DNA from: Candidatus Latescibacterota bacterium
Lineage (GTDB): Bacteria; Latescibacterota; UBA2968; UBA8231
Assembly (NCBI GenBank): GCA_965242865.1
Contig: CBDETK010000013.1
Location: forward strand, 64,001-128,000
Length of the DNA: 64,000 bases
Reading direction: 5' to 3'
This document shows positions 27,901-36,679 of this stretch, one piece after another. Within the stretch, counting starts at the first letter, position 1; each line of letters starts with the position of its first letter. A model generated the notes under the pieces. That model saw only the letters and a list, made by a program, of their open reading frames with translations. It had not been told where the DNA came from and did not search any database. Both the position numbers and the translations under genes were made by a program.

Positions 27901-29098
27901 GCAGGGGATGCTCCTCAAAGTAGGACTTGATGTACTTGAACATCCGGGTGTTGGGCAGTGGATTCTCTTCGCTCGTGGCCGCGTGAAAGACTTCTACGGT
28001 GGAGGCGGTGGCCTGCGCGGCCGCGGCCAGCACGGTATTGACGACGATGTCCACGGGCACCAAGTCCATGGGCGCGCCCACGGCGGCCGGGAAGTCCGGG
28101 ACGATCCCCCGGCCATAGGCTACCACCAGCGGGTCGGTCACCTTGAGGCCGTGGATCCAGCCCGGGTGCGGGTCTTGGAGCGCGCCTTCGGTGACGCTGG
28201 GGCGCACGATGGCTAGGGGCACTGGGCCGCGGTGCTTGACGAGCAATTGTTCGCCCATGGCCTTGGTAAAAGTGTACACGTCGTTCCAGCCGTACTGCCG
28301 CGCTCGGCGCATCCCTTCCTCGACCAGCTTGCGCTCGGTCCAGCGGCGACAGCGGTCGTCGATCAGCTTTTGCAGGCGGCTGTCCGACAGCGTCCGGCGG
28401 TGGCTTTGCTCCACGATCTCGCGGCGGAACGCCTGCTGTTGCTCGGCACTGTGCGCTTGGGCGCGGATGCCTTGGCACACGGCTTGGGCTTGGGCGATCT
28501 CTTCTTCGGGGACGAACGGTGGCGCCGGGGCGCGGCCGTCGATTAGGTCCTGAATCGTGCGATCAATCGGCAGGGTTCGCTCGGGGACGGTGCCGGTGAG
28601 GCGCCCGTTGACGTACGCGGTGGATACGTGGACTAGGACGGGGTTTTTGCGGCCTTCGCGGGCCAGTCGCAAAAGCTCCTGCGGGGCCAAGGTGTTGAAT
28701 TGGATCGCCGAATCGAGCGGCTCGTCAAAGGTGACGCTGGCCGCATTGCCGATGATGAGGTCCACTTCCGCGAGCAGCTCGTCGCGGGCCGCTTCGTCTA
28801 GCCCAAGGCCCGGTTGCTGCATATCGCAGGCCAGGGCGCGCACCTTTTGCCGCGCGGCCGCAAAGGCGGCGGGGTCTTCGCGGCGGAAGCGGTCAAAGAC
28901 GACCAACTTAAAAAGCTCGTCTAGCCGCTCCTCTACGGGCCGCACAGTGCCACCCGGCCCCCGACCGGGCCGCAATGCGAGGTACAAGCGCCGCACCCCG
29001 GGCAAATAGCGCAGGATCTTGGCCGTCAGCCCCTGCCCGTAAAACCCGGTGCCCCCGGTCAGCAACACAGTGCGGTCTTGGTAAAATTCTCTGATCAT
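24911..29098 (-). CDS. Multidomain fatty acyl reductase - acyl-CoA synthetase - ACP - acyltransferase (ElbD-like)
   Basis: LTGGTGFYG...HVSTAYV...YTFTK (NAD_binding_4/FAR); GYGLSE, WLHTGDLG and GRSK (AMP-binding); DSLMAVEL (ACP); NHASHLD and FPEGTRS (PlsC). Confidence 0.85.
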   Translation of the reverse strand: MIREFYQDRTVLLTGGTGFYGQGLTAKILRYLPGVRRLYLALRPGRGPGGTVRPVEERLDELFKLVVFDRFRREDPAAFAAARQKVRALACDMQQPGLGLDEAARDELLAEVDLIIGNAASVTFDEPLDSAIQFNTLAPQELLRLAREGRKNPVLVHVSTAYVNGRLTGTVPERTLPIDRTIQDLIDGRAPAPPFVPEEEIAQAQAVCQGIRAQAHSAEQQQAFRREIVEQSHRRTLSDSRLQKLIDDRCRRWTERKLVEEGMRRARQYGWNDVYTFTKAMGEQLLVKHRGPVPLAIVRPSVTEGALQDPHPGWIHGLKVTDPLVVAYGRGIVPDFPAAVGAPMDLVPVDIVVNTVLAAAAQATASTVEVFHAATSEENPLPNTRMFKYIKSYFEEHPLLNKDGSRPELADWTFPPVARFQRVFNWKYLYPLELRQKLYEYLPDRWASAQKKRRLAALKTRLKRVQYFTDLFSPYTTLDCRYETKRMLALYESLPPEEQRLFNMDVRRIDWYQYYQKTHLPGLRRHELGGAADQEPLSAAPGEVGGEEQRWRIEESIRTIPDLLRWACGRYAARTALQIERRSGWTRVSYDELLARAERVARSWRTQGVSAGERVLLCGDNGPEWVVAYMAASLLGLAVVPIGPQTREQDIWRLGDFVQARALIATEKRFSQLSPEGVAAHREMAFFNVDCNGLPFGCAPEPAAGEGRGKLPKVDPAAPASILFTSVVEPRGVVLSHRNLISNVLAQGEVLRIYESDRILSTLPLHQALEFTGGLLLPLLGGATITYLEAVNSREMLRALRDTGATVLLTAPRLLRVLVERVERLGAEATPGLAALRRVVSVGAPLSDDLIAAYERLGVAICPGYGLSEAASVVAVNTPKQGKARSVGPVLPGQQVQIAAPDERGVGEVLVRGPNVMEGYFSQDDLTQAVLRDGWLHTGDLGHLDDDGYLFVEGRSKALIVNGAGHNVYPHEVEALYRGLPHVTELCVVGVPSARTGGEELHGVAVLDRDAEAVEDLRPAIQARSYEIARTVPSHHRIQCLHFWTRPLPRLDDGAVDRQALLAAIECADCPGPGLPEWERAVQRQIGLLAGLSTGEVAAHIDAPLDTLLDSLMAVELAAWLGQRLGTPVDGLLRPQDTLRRVLARLEAHLRDGVDWAVEPSPAYWSGVLRAEPSVEPESEAGKKMLQEILWETGGPLFRRFFDFRAGGLEHLPQDRPYLIAANHASHLDGACVYAAVRSRVEHLNIATSEHSLADSEVRLFLSTFANAVPFDGRGDFAAGLVRARQLVGVRRPLLIFPEGTRSVNGQLQSFKAGVGLLAYELDAPVVPLHIAGTGEALPKGTRKPVRHPLRLLFGPPLETSAFKGCVEPLSPYEMYYEIAAALKRQIEALGRKNI

Positions 29099-29189
29099 GG
29101 CGGCAGCGAACAAAAGCCCCATCCCGTGCAGGATAGGGCTTAGATTGGCGTTGTAATATAGAGAGCGGGACGACCTGCCACAAGGCGGC

Positions 29190-29336
29190 TCATTGGGGGG
29201 GACGCCTCGGCTGACGCCCTTTGGCGTCGCGCCGATTTTGGGCGAGCCCCTGCTTGGTGATATAGGGGTGTTCGACCTGCTTTTCCAGCTCGCGCCGCCG
29301 GTCGGCCCAGTCGATGTCTCGTTTTCGCTTGGCCAT
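29190..29336 (-). CDS. Small basic hypothetical protein (48 aa)
   Basis: Below the track cut-off: MAKRKRDIDWADRRRELEKQVEHPYITKQGLAQNRRDAKGRQPRRPPQ; AAGG upstream of the ATG; co-oriented with the ElbD-like gene. Confidence 0.5.
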   Translation of the reverse strand: MAKRKRDIDWADRRRELEKQVEHPYITKQGLAQNRRDAKGRQPRRPPQ

Positions 29337-29471
29337 GGTTTGACCTTATCTTCGATACCGTACTACGCGACACCAGCCGCCCGCCTGCCAAGGATCGAAG
29401 GCGGGACGCAAGTACGGGTCGCGTACGCAACGCAATCTACGCCCTAGGACGCTCACGGGACAACCCAAGCC

Positions 29472-30377
29472 ATGTCCAACCACTCGGTTTTGATCGCCAA
29501 TCCAACGGCCGGCCGCGCCCGCGCCCAGCGGCTTGCCGAGCAAGCGGCCTTAGCGCTGCAAGACGCCGGGTACGCGGTCGAGTTGCGGTACACGCGGGCC
29601 AAGGGGCACGCAACCGAGCTGGCGCAGCAGGCCGTGGGCGAGGGCGCGGAGCGGCTCGTGGTCTGCGGCGGCGACGGCACCATCGGCGAGACGCTCGCCC
29701 CCCTCGCGGGTGCGCCCACGGCCTTGGGGTTGCTGCCCTGCGGCACGTGCAACGACTTGGCCCGCGCTCTGGCGGTGCCGCTGCGGGCGGAAGCGGCCAT
29801 TGGCAACCTGCTGGGCGGCGAGGTGCGGGCCATCGACTTGGGGCGGGCCGGCGACCGCTTTTTTGCTACCATCGCGGCCTTTGGCTTTGACGCCGAAGTC
29901 AACGGCCGCATGGAACGCGCCCAAGGGCCGCTGTCCGGGCGAGTTCGCTACGTCTTGGAAGCACTGCGGCACCTCGTGCGCTACCAGCCCGTGCGGGTCC
30001 GGCTGTGCGGCGATTTCGGGGACATGGAGCGCGAGGTGCTGCAAGTATCCATTGCCAACGCGCCGAACTATGGCGGCAATTTGCGCGTGGCCCCCCATGC
30101 CGATCTCAGCGACGGCCTCTTCGACGTGGTCGTCGTCAATGCGGTGTCGCGACCGGCGGTCCTGTCGCTGATGCTCCGCCTCTTTTGGCAGGGGCACCTC
30201 CGCCATCCAGCGGTGCGCGTCGAGCGCACGACCCGCCTCGGGCTGCACACGGCCGAGCCGCACCGCGTGTACGCGGATGGCGACTTGTTGGGACAGACGC
30301 CCCTCGCGCTAAAAATCAGCCCGGCGGCCCTGCGGGTGGTGGTGCCAAGTTCTTGTCCGCAAGGGGTGCGTTGCTGA
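29472..30377 (+). CDS. Diacylglycerol kinase family lipid kinase (YegS/DagK-like)
   Basis: NPTAG, GGDGT, LPCGTCNDLA, GFDAEV and YGGN motifs. Confidence 0.9.
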   Translation: MSNHSVLIANPTAGRARAQRLAEQAALALQDAGYAVELRYTRAKGHATELAQQAVGEGAERLVVCGGDGTIGETLAPLAGAPTALGLLPCGTCNDLARALAVPLRAEAAIGNLLGGEVRAIDLGRAGDRFFATIAAFGFDAEVNGRMERAQGPLSGRVRYVLEALRHLVRYQPVRVRLCGDFGDMEREVLQVSIANAPNYGGNLRVAPHADLSDGLFDVVVVNAVSRPAVLSLMLRLFWQGHLRHPAVRVERTTRLGLHTAEPHRVYADGDLLGQTPLALKISPAALRVVVPSSCPQGVRC

Positions 30378-30441
30378 TATTGCCCTAAGACGCGATCTTA
30401 ACACTAGGGTTTCGGTCTCTGATTCGGCTTGGTCCTTTGCT

Positions 30442-30467
30442 GGATTCCCGCGTTCGCGGGAATGACC
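30442..30467. repeat. ATTCCCGC-N-GCGGGAAT palindromic (REP/dRS3-like) element
   Basis: TGGATTCCCGCGTTCGCGGGAATGAC; related copies near 46991-47045 and 55246-55270. Confidence 0.7.
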
Positions 30468-30576
30468 GTACGAGTCGTCATGCAATAGGCCAAAAGCAAC
30501 ATGAGTTTTAAGAACGCTTCTAAGACGCGATTCGCCGAACTAGTGCCTAATTCCACCATGAACGACTAGTTTTCTT

Positions 30577-31554
30577 ATGGCTACCCGAGCCCAGCAAATC
30601 CGCCTCGGCCTCTTCTTCTTGGTTTCGCTCGCGGTCCTCGCGGTCTTTTTCGTCGTCGTCGCCGGCAGCCATCTCCTGAGCCAGCGCGACACCTACTACA
30701 TCGAGTCCAATTCGCCCGTCAGCGGCCTCAACAAGGGCGCGGACGTCAAGTACTTGGGCTTTAGCATTGGCCGCGTCGAGGACATCGCGATTGCACCGGA
30801 CGACCTCGCCACCGTGGTCGTGGAGATTTCGGTCGAGCGGCGGCTAGCGGAAAACGCCATCCGCACCGACACGCAAGCGCGCATCGCCTCGCTGGGGATC
30901 ACCGGCCTGAAGTACATCGAGCTTTTGGGGGGCCGCAACGACGCCCCGGTCCTCGCTCCGGGATCCAAAATTGCCGCGGGCGAGACCTTTTTTAGCAGCA
31001 TGCAGGAGCGCGCCGAAGTGCTCAGCACCAAGGTTGAACGAGCCGTTGACAACCTAAACGCGCTCCTCAGCAGCGAAAACCAGCGCACCTTCATCGACCT
31101 ACTGGGCAACGCGGGCGAGCTGCTGGCCACGGCCAACGCGCTGGTCGCAGACAATCGCGCCGCACTCGACGAGACCGCGGCCAATATGGTCGTCACCAGC
31201 CGCTCGCTGGTCGCGGCCAGCGCGGCGTTGGCCGCGACCGCGGATTCCCTGCACGCCTTGCTCATGGGCGCGAAGCTGCAACAAACGGCCGACGACCTGC
31301 AAGGGACGATGCACGCGCTGCGCCAACAGATGGACGGCCCGGTCCCCCTGCTCGTCGCCCGGCTAGACACCGTGATAAGCCACATCGACCAGACCTTTGT
31401 GGGCATCGATCAGACGGTGGGAGCCAGCCGGCAGAACATCCTGCGCGCCATGCAGGAATTGGAGGAAACCTTGCAGAACATCCGCGAAACCACCGAACTC
31501 ATCCGCGAGAACCCCGCGGTACTCATCCGAGGTCGCAGTGGCGCGTCCCAATAG
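30577..31554 (+). CDS. mlaD: MCE/MlaD family protein
   Basis: N-terminal TM, VSGLNKGADVKYLGFSIGRV MCE motif, helical tail ending NPAVLIRG. Confidence 0.85.
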   Translation: MATRAQQIRLGLFFLVSLAVLAVFFVVVAGSHLLSQRDTYYIESNSPVSGLNKGADVKYLGFSIGRVEDIAIAPDDLATVVVEISVERRLAENAIRTDTQARIASLGITGLKYIELLGGRNDAPVLAPGSKIAAGETFFSSMQERAEVLSTKVERAVDNLNALLSSENQRTFIDLLGNAGELLATANALVADNRAALDETAANMVVTSRSLVAASAALAATADSLHALLMGAKLQQTADDLQGTMHALRQQMDGPVPLLVARLDTVISHIDQTFVGIDQTVGASRQNILRAMQELEETLQNIRETTELIRENPAVLIRGRSGASQ

Positions 31555-32296
31555 CCGAGTGGGCCGCTGCGGCCCAGCCCTCGTTTTGGTCGCGCTGCTG
31601 TCCGGTTGCGCCCAACTGCTCGGCGGCGACACCAAGTTGCCGCAACGGCGCTACTTTAAGTTGCCGCTCGAACCCTTGCGCGGCAGCGTGGAAGGGTCCG
31701 AGCGGCCGTACCCGTTCCAAGTGCAGGTCAAGGGCTTTGAGATGCCCCGCGCGTACGACCGCACCCACATCATCCGCCGCCGCGACCAGTACGAGCTACA
31801 GCGCGACCATCTCCACCACTGGATGGAGCGCCCCAGCGACATGATTACCGACGCGGTCAAGCAATACTTGCGCCAAGCCGACCTCTTTACCTACGTCGGC
31901 GGGGACCGCGACTTTTTCGAGCGCCGCCCGGATTACGTGCTCAACGGCGCGGTCAAAGCCATTGAGCGCTTTGACAGCGGCGACCTGTGGGCGGCCCATC
32001 TGGTTATGACGCTGGAACTCGTGCGGCAAGCCGACGGCAAAGTGCTATGGCAGGACGATTTCGACGAAGAGAAACAGGTGTTTTCGCCGGCCATGATCCA
32101 CACGGTGGCCGCGTTGAGCGGGATTTTGGCCCAGCGGATGAAAAAGGCTATCGAGGAGATCGACTTTACGTTCCTCAACAAGCAGCGGCCAGCGCCCGCT
32201 ACGCCCGCTGAGGAAGCCGTTCCAGCGGCCCCAGATACGGTGCTGCAAGCCGAATCCGCGTACTACGAACTCATCCCGGGGAAGCTAGCCCGCTAG
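31538..32296 (+). CDS. ABC transport auxiliary lipoprotein (PqiC-like)
   Basis: GTG start at 31538, lipobox LLSGC, HHWMERPSDMI motif; follows the MCE gene. Confidence 0.75.
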   Translation: MARPNSRVGRCGPALVLVALLSGCAQLLGGDTKLPQRRYFKLPLEPLRGSVEGSERPYPFQVQVKGFEMPRAYDRTHIIRRRDQYELQRDHLHHWMERPSDMITDAVKQYLRQADLFTYVGGDRDFFERRPDYVLNGAVKAIERFDSGDLWAAHLVMTLELVRQADGKVLWQDDFDEEKQVFSPAMIHTVAALSGILAQRMKKAIEEIDFTFLNKQRPAPATPAEEAVPAAPDTVLQAESAYYELIPGKLAR

Positions 32297-32304
32297 GACT
32301 TGGC

Positions 32305-33807
32305 ATGTACAAGCTATTCTCCATCCTGATCGCCCTGCCGTTGCTCGCTGGCCCCGCCTTGGGGTCCAGTCACACGTGGATCGCCCCGCCCGGGCGCGGC
32401 CAACTCGAACAGGATCCAACCCTGATTCCCAAGGGCAAGGGCTTTCTCTTTGTACCGACGATGACCGGCGCCCTCAACGAGCCGAGCTTTCTCGTCTTGC
32501 GCGGCAACAAACCCATCCGCGAAGCCGCGCCCGGCACCGGCGTGTTGCTCGCGCCCGGCACCTACAAAGTGCTGGTCGGCTCGGGGGCGGACCTCCAGAT
32601 GATGAGCCGCACCGTGCCGGTCCAAGAGGGCATGACGACCTTGGTCAAGCCCTTCTGGGCCGGGCTAGTCATCAACGTCATCGCCGAGAACCGCACGCCG
32701 CTCAACGAATCGTACGAACTGTACCGGGAGTCCCCGCAGGAAAACTACGGCCTCGGCTTTGGGGTTGAGGAGGAGCGCGGCGAGGCGGTCAAAACGTGGC
32801 TCCTGCCGCCCGGTGTGTACTCGGTCGTGCGCGTCGGCGACAATGTATCGACCACCCGCAAGTTCAGCGTCCGCTTGGAGCCGGGCGAGTTGGTCCAGCG
32901 CAATCTAGTCGTGGATACCAACGACGACTTCATCGGCTTCTATCCCCCGGCGCAGCAAGGGCTCCTCGCCCAAGTCGCGGACTCGCGCTGGAATACCTCC
33001 TTTCAGCTAAGCGGCGCGCCGCGGCTTTCTACCTCGCAGAACACCACCGGCCTCGATCGCTCCATCCTCTCGCTTTCAGCCGAGATCATCGGCAGCAGCG
33101 TCTATAACGCGGACCGCCACTACGTCAATCTGCGGCTCGATTTTGAAGAAGGCTTCACCCGCGAGGAGGGCGACGACTTTCGCAAGTCCATCGACAAGTT
33201 CGAGGTCCGCGCCACGTATATCTACCGGCTTTCCAAGCGGGTCGGCCCCTATTTGCGCGGGGTGTTCAACACCAAGCTGTTCGCCACGGAGGACCACTTC
33301 GACCCGCCCCAGTCCCTGCTGGTCCGCACAGGCGACCAAGTCGAGACCCTGACCGGCCTTAGCGCGTTTACGCTCTCGCCGCCCTTCAGCCCCCTCGAAC
33401 TGCGCCAAGGCATTGGCATCAACGCCCAAGTCATCAGCAGCTTTCCCCTCAACCTCGACATGCGCGTTGGTTTTGGGGCGCGTCAAAGCTATGTCACCGA
33501 TACCTTTGACCTAAACTCCTCCCGCACCATCGCCCGCCGGTTGGAGGACACGGCCACCACCGGCTTGGAGGCCGTGCTGCTGCTCCGGTCGCGCTTTTCG
33601 CGCTTCCCCAGCTTGGACTCGGAGTTTGACCTCCTCATCCCGGACACGGGCACTGATTCTTGGGAATTTAATTGGGAAAACCGCTTGCGCTTGCCGCTCA
33701 GCCGCTTCGTCAACATGGTCGTCGTCTTTGATTTTGAGCGCGAGCAGGCGGTGCAGCGGCTGCAATCTACGCAGCAAGTTCTGCTGCGCCTCAATTACTT
33801 GCTATGA
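32305..33807 (+). CDS. Secreted hypothetical protein with probable C-terminal outer-membrane beta-barrel
   Basis: Signal peptide, alternating beta-strand pattern, ends LRLNYLL; overlaps the mlaE start. Confidence 0.65.
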   Translation: MYKLFSILIALPLLAGPALGSSHTWIAPPGRGQLEQDPTLIPKGKGFLFVPTMTGALNEPSFLVLRGNKPIREAAPGTGVLLAPGTYKVLVGSGADLQMMSRTVPVQEGMTTLVKPFWAGLVINVIAENRTPLNESYELYRESPQENYGLGFGVEEERGEAVKTWLLPPGVYSVVRVGDNVSTTRKFSVRLEPGELVQRNLVVDTNDDFIGFYPPAQQGLLAQVADSRWNTSFQLSGAPRLSTSQNTTGLDRSILSLSAEIIGSSVYNADRHYVNLRLDFEEGFTREEGDDFRKSIDKFEVRATYIYRLSKRVGPYLRGVFNTKLFATEDHFDPPQSLLVRTGDQVETLTGLSAFTLSPPFSPLELRQGIGINAQVISSFPLNLDMRVGFGARQSYVTDTFDLNSSRTIARRLEDTATTGLEAVLLLRSRFSRFPSLDSEFDLLIPDTGTDSWEFNWENRLRLPLSRFVNMVVVFDFEREQAVQRLQSTQQVLLRLNYLL

Positions 33808-34901
33808 CTTGGGTGCAGAGCGACGAACAGGGCATCGCGCTCGGAGACGCGCTGTCCCTGCACACCATCGGCGCACTCGCTCCCCAAGTCCGCGACCTCA
33901 TCGCCGCGCATCCGCGCACCGCGCTCCGCGCGGACTTGCGCCGAGTCGAACACCTCGACACGGCCGGGGCCATCTTCCTGCACGGCCTGCCCGCGCTCGC
34001 CCGCTCCTTGGACAAGGAGCTCCGCCTCGACGGGCTGCCCGCCCATTTGCAGCCCTTTTTCGACTTTGCCGCGCCGGTGCCACCGGCCCCCGCCCCGGCC
34101 GCGCCGCCCCGCGCCGCGCTAGAGCTCCTCGGCGCGTGGGTCCGCGCTCGCGCCGCTCGCGCCGCCCGCTTTTTCTACCTAATGGCCGACCTGAGCGTTT
34201 TCTCGGTCCTCGCCCTGTTCCGCCGCGGACCGATTCGCCGCGGCAGCTTTGGCGCGCAAGCCCACGCGATTGGCGCGCAAGCCCTGCCGATCGTCGGGCT
34301 GATTCTCTTTCTCGTCGGCGCGGTTTCAGCGCTCCAGTCTGCGGCCCAACTCCGCCAGTTCGGGGCCGACATTTTCGTCGCCAACCTGCTGGGCATTGGG
34401 TTGACCCGCGAATTGGGGCCGCTGATGACCGCGATCATGGTGTCTGGCCGGTCTGGGTCGGCCATTGCCGCTGAGATCGCCACGATGAAGTTCACCGAGG
34501 AGCTAGACGCCCTGCAGACGATGGGCATTGACCCCCTGCGCTTTGTGGTCGTGCCCAAGCTGTGGGCCATGATCGTCTGCATGCCGCTGTTGACGGTCAT
34601 GGCCAACTTTGTCGGCATCCTCGGCGGGACCTTCATCGGCTTGGTTTCGCTGGACATCCCGGTCGCGGTGTTTCTCAACCAAGTTTTCTCGGCGCTCTTT
34701 CTCAAGGACTTGCTCACCGGGCTGGTCAAAAGCGCGTCCTTTGCGTGGCTCATCGCGATCATCTCGGTTCACCACGGCCTCCAGTTCAGCGGCGGGGCCG
34801 AGGGCGTTGGCCGGGCGACGACCGCGGCGGTCGTATCGTCGCTGTTTGGCATCATCGTCCTCGACGCCTTCTGGGGCCTTGTGTTCTACCTCCAATGGTG
34901 A
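33804..34901 (+). CDS. mlaE: STAS + MlaE ABC permease
   Basis: DLRRVEHLDTAG STAS motif; RELGPLMTAIMVSGRSGSAIAAEIATMK; GVGRATT. Confidence 0.9.
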   Translation: MTWVQSDEQGIALGDALSLHTIGALAPQVRDLIAAHPRTALRADLRRVEHLDTAGAIFLHGLPALARSLDKELRLDGLPAHLQPFFDFAAPVPPAPAPAAPPRAALELLGAWVRARAARAARFFYLMADLSVFSVLALFRRGPIRRGSFGAQAHAIGAQALPIVGLILFLVGAVSALQSAAQLRQFGADIFVANLLGIGLTRELGPLMTAIMVSGRSGSAIAAEIATMKFTEELDALQTMGIDPLRFVVVPKLWAMIVCMPLLTVMANFVGILGGTFIGLVSLDIPVAVFLNQVFSALFLKDLLTGLVKSASFAWLIAIISVHHGLQFSGGAEGVGRATTAAVVSSLFGIIVLDAFWGLVFYLQW

Positions 34902-35641
34902 CGCGCGCCATCGAAATCCAAAACCTCTGCGTGTCCTACGGCCAAACGGCGGTCCTGCGCGGGATTGACGCACACGTAGAAGCCGGGGAAATCGCCGTGG
35001 TGCTCGGCGGCAGCGGCTGCGGCAAGAGCACCTTGCTCAAGGCGATCCTCGGCTTGGTGCAACCCACCGCGGGCCGCGTCGAAATCCTCGGCCAAGATGC
35101 GACCGCTCTCGGGGAGGAAAGCCTGGCCCTCCTGCGCCAGCGGCTGGGCGTGATGTTTCAATACGGCGCCCTGCTCAACTCGTTGACGGTGGCGCAAAAC
35201 GTCGCCCTGCCCTTGGAAATGCACACCGGCCTAGAACCGGCCCTGATCGGGGAGATCGCCCGCACCCGCCTCGCTTCGGTGGGCTTGGGAGCGGCCGGCG
35301 ACCGCTACCCCGGCGAGCTATCGGGCGGGATGCGCAAACGCGCCGCCCTCGCCCGGGCCATGGTCATGGACCCAGAGATTCTCTTTTGCGACGAGCCGGG
35401 TGCGGGGCTCGACCCGGTCACCGCGGCCGAGATCGACGCGCTGCTCCTCGCGCTCAACCGCGAGCTGGGCATCACCATCGCCATTGTCACCCACGAGCTC
35501 CTCAGCATTGAGCGGCTCGACGGACGCCTCATCATGCTCGACCAAGGGCGCGTGGCGTTTACTGGCGAGGTCGCCGAGGCCAAGGGTTCGGAGCATCCCG
35601 TAGTGCATTCCTTCTTCCACCCCGGAGGCTCGCCCCGATGA
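34895..35641 (+). CDS. mlaF: MlaF-like ABC ATP-binding protein
   Basis: GGSGCGKST, LSGGMRKRAALARA and DEPGAGLDP motifs. Confidence 0.9.
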   Translation: MVTRAIEIQNLCVSYGQTAVLRGIDAHVEAGEIAVVLGGSGCGKSTLLKAILGLVQPTAGRVEILGQDATALGEESLALLRQRLGVMFQYGALLNSLTVAQNVALPLEMHTGLEPALIGEIARTRLASVGLGAAGDRYPGELSGGMRKRAALARAMVMDPEILFCDEPGAGLDPVTAAEIDALLLALNRELGITIAIVTHELLSIERLDGRLIMLDQGRVAFTGEVAEAKGSEHPVVHSFFHPGGSPR

Positions 35642-36114
35642 AAACCATTCTCATCGCGGCCTTGAGCAAGAACAGGGTCATTGGCCGCGACAACGCCATC
35701 CCGTGGCACTACCCGGCCGACCTCAAGCACTTCCGCCGCGTCACTCGGGGCCACGCGGTCGTGGCGGGCCGCAAAACCTACGAGACCTTTCAGACGCGCC
35801 CCTTGCCCCAACGCCTCAACTTCGTCGTCACCCGCAGGCCAGCCTACGCAGTGGCCGAGGGCGTGCTTGTCTGCGCGAGCTGGGCCGAGGTGCAGCCGCG
35901 CGCCCGCGCCCACGGCTGCGAAAAACTCTTCGTGCTCGGGGGGGGCCAAATCTATGAGCAGGCCCTGCCCTTCGCCGACGAAATGATCCTGACGCACCTG
36001 CCCATCGAAGTTGAGGGCGACGTGTATTTTCCGGCGTGGGACGAAGGGGAATGGGAGGGGGTGGAAAGGCGCGGCGAGGGCGGATTGGTCTTTGCGACGT
36101 ATCGCCGCCGCTGA
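35638..36114 (+). CDS. folA: Dihydrofolate reductase
   Basis: NRVIG...IPWHYPADLKHF, GRKTYE, GGGQIY and GDVYFP motifs. Confidence 0.95.
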   Translation: MKTILIAALSKNRVIGRDNAIPWHYPADLKHFRRVTRGHAVVAGRKTYETFQTRPLPQRLNFVVTRRPAYAVAEGVLVCASWAEVQPRARAHGCEKLFVLGGGQIYEQALPFADEMILTHLPIEVEGDVYFPAWDEGEWEGVERRGEGGLVFATYRRR

Positions 36115-36124
36115 GGAGGGACGC

Positions 36125-36152
36125 AAAAAGGGCCTGCTGAAATGCAGGCCCT
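36125..36152 (-). terminator. Intrinsic terminator between the convergent folA and CBM48 genes
   Basis: AGGGCCTGC-TGAAAT-GCAGGCCCT stem with an A5 run (U5 on the minus strand). Confidence 0.7.
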
Positions 36153-36182
36153 CTCCAGTACGCGCTATCGAATGGGCGCGGC

Positions 36183-36440
36183 TCACTCCACGACGACGAC
36201 GTTGTTCTCCGAGCCAAATTCGTTGGGCACGACCGGGGCCTTGGGGTCGTTGCGCCATTCGCCGTCAATCTGATAGCGGTATTCGTACCGCCCCGGCGTC
36301 AGGGTGGTCCACGTCGTCCACAGGCCCTTTTTCTGCTTCCGCAACGACCGCCGTTCCCAGTTGTTAAAATCACCCAGCACCTCAACGGCGGTTGCGCTGG
36401 CAACCTGCAAGCGAAAGTACACCCGTTTTTTACTCGTCAT
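36183..36440 (-). CDS. Stand-alone glycogen-binding CBM48/isoamylase early-set domain protein
   Basis: VEVLGDFNNW...LTPGRYEYRYQIDGEWRNDP...NEFGSENNV. Confidence 0.9.
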   Translation of the reverse strand: MTSKKRVYFRLQVASATAVEVLGDFNNWERRSLRKQKKGLWTTWTTLTPGRYEYRYQIDGEWRNDPKAPVVPNEFGSENNVVVVE

Positions 36441-36553
36441 AAAATCCTCAGTAGAATATCAAGCGTGGAAAAAGTGGCTTCAATTAACGATAGGGGCAAT
36501 CCAGCCAAAGTCAAGGATAGGCCGCCAGGCCGGTGGTAGGGCCGGCTTGCCAA

Positions 36554-36580
36554 GGCTGGAGGGCGGGAAGCCCTCCAGCC
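36554..36580. repeat. Perfect 11-bp inverted repeat hairpin
   Basis: GGCTGGAGGGC-GGGAA-GCCCTCCAGCC, downstream of the LRR gene. Confidence 0.6.
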
Positions 36581-36679
36581 CGGACGCATCGGGGACAGCG
36601 GCAGCCGCACTAAGCCGATGAGAATTCCGCTAAACGAGGGCCGCTAAACATCTTGCTCAGCACCTCGCTGTCCTCATCC

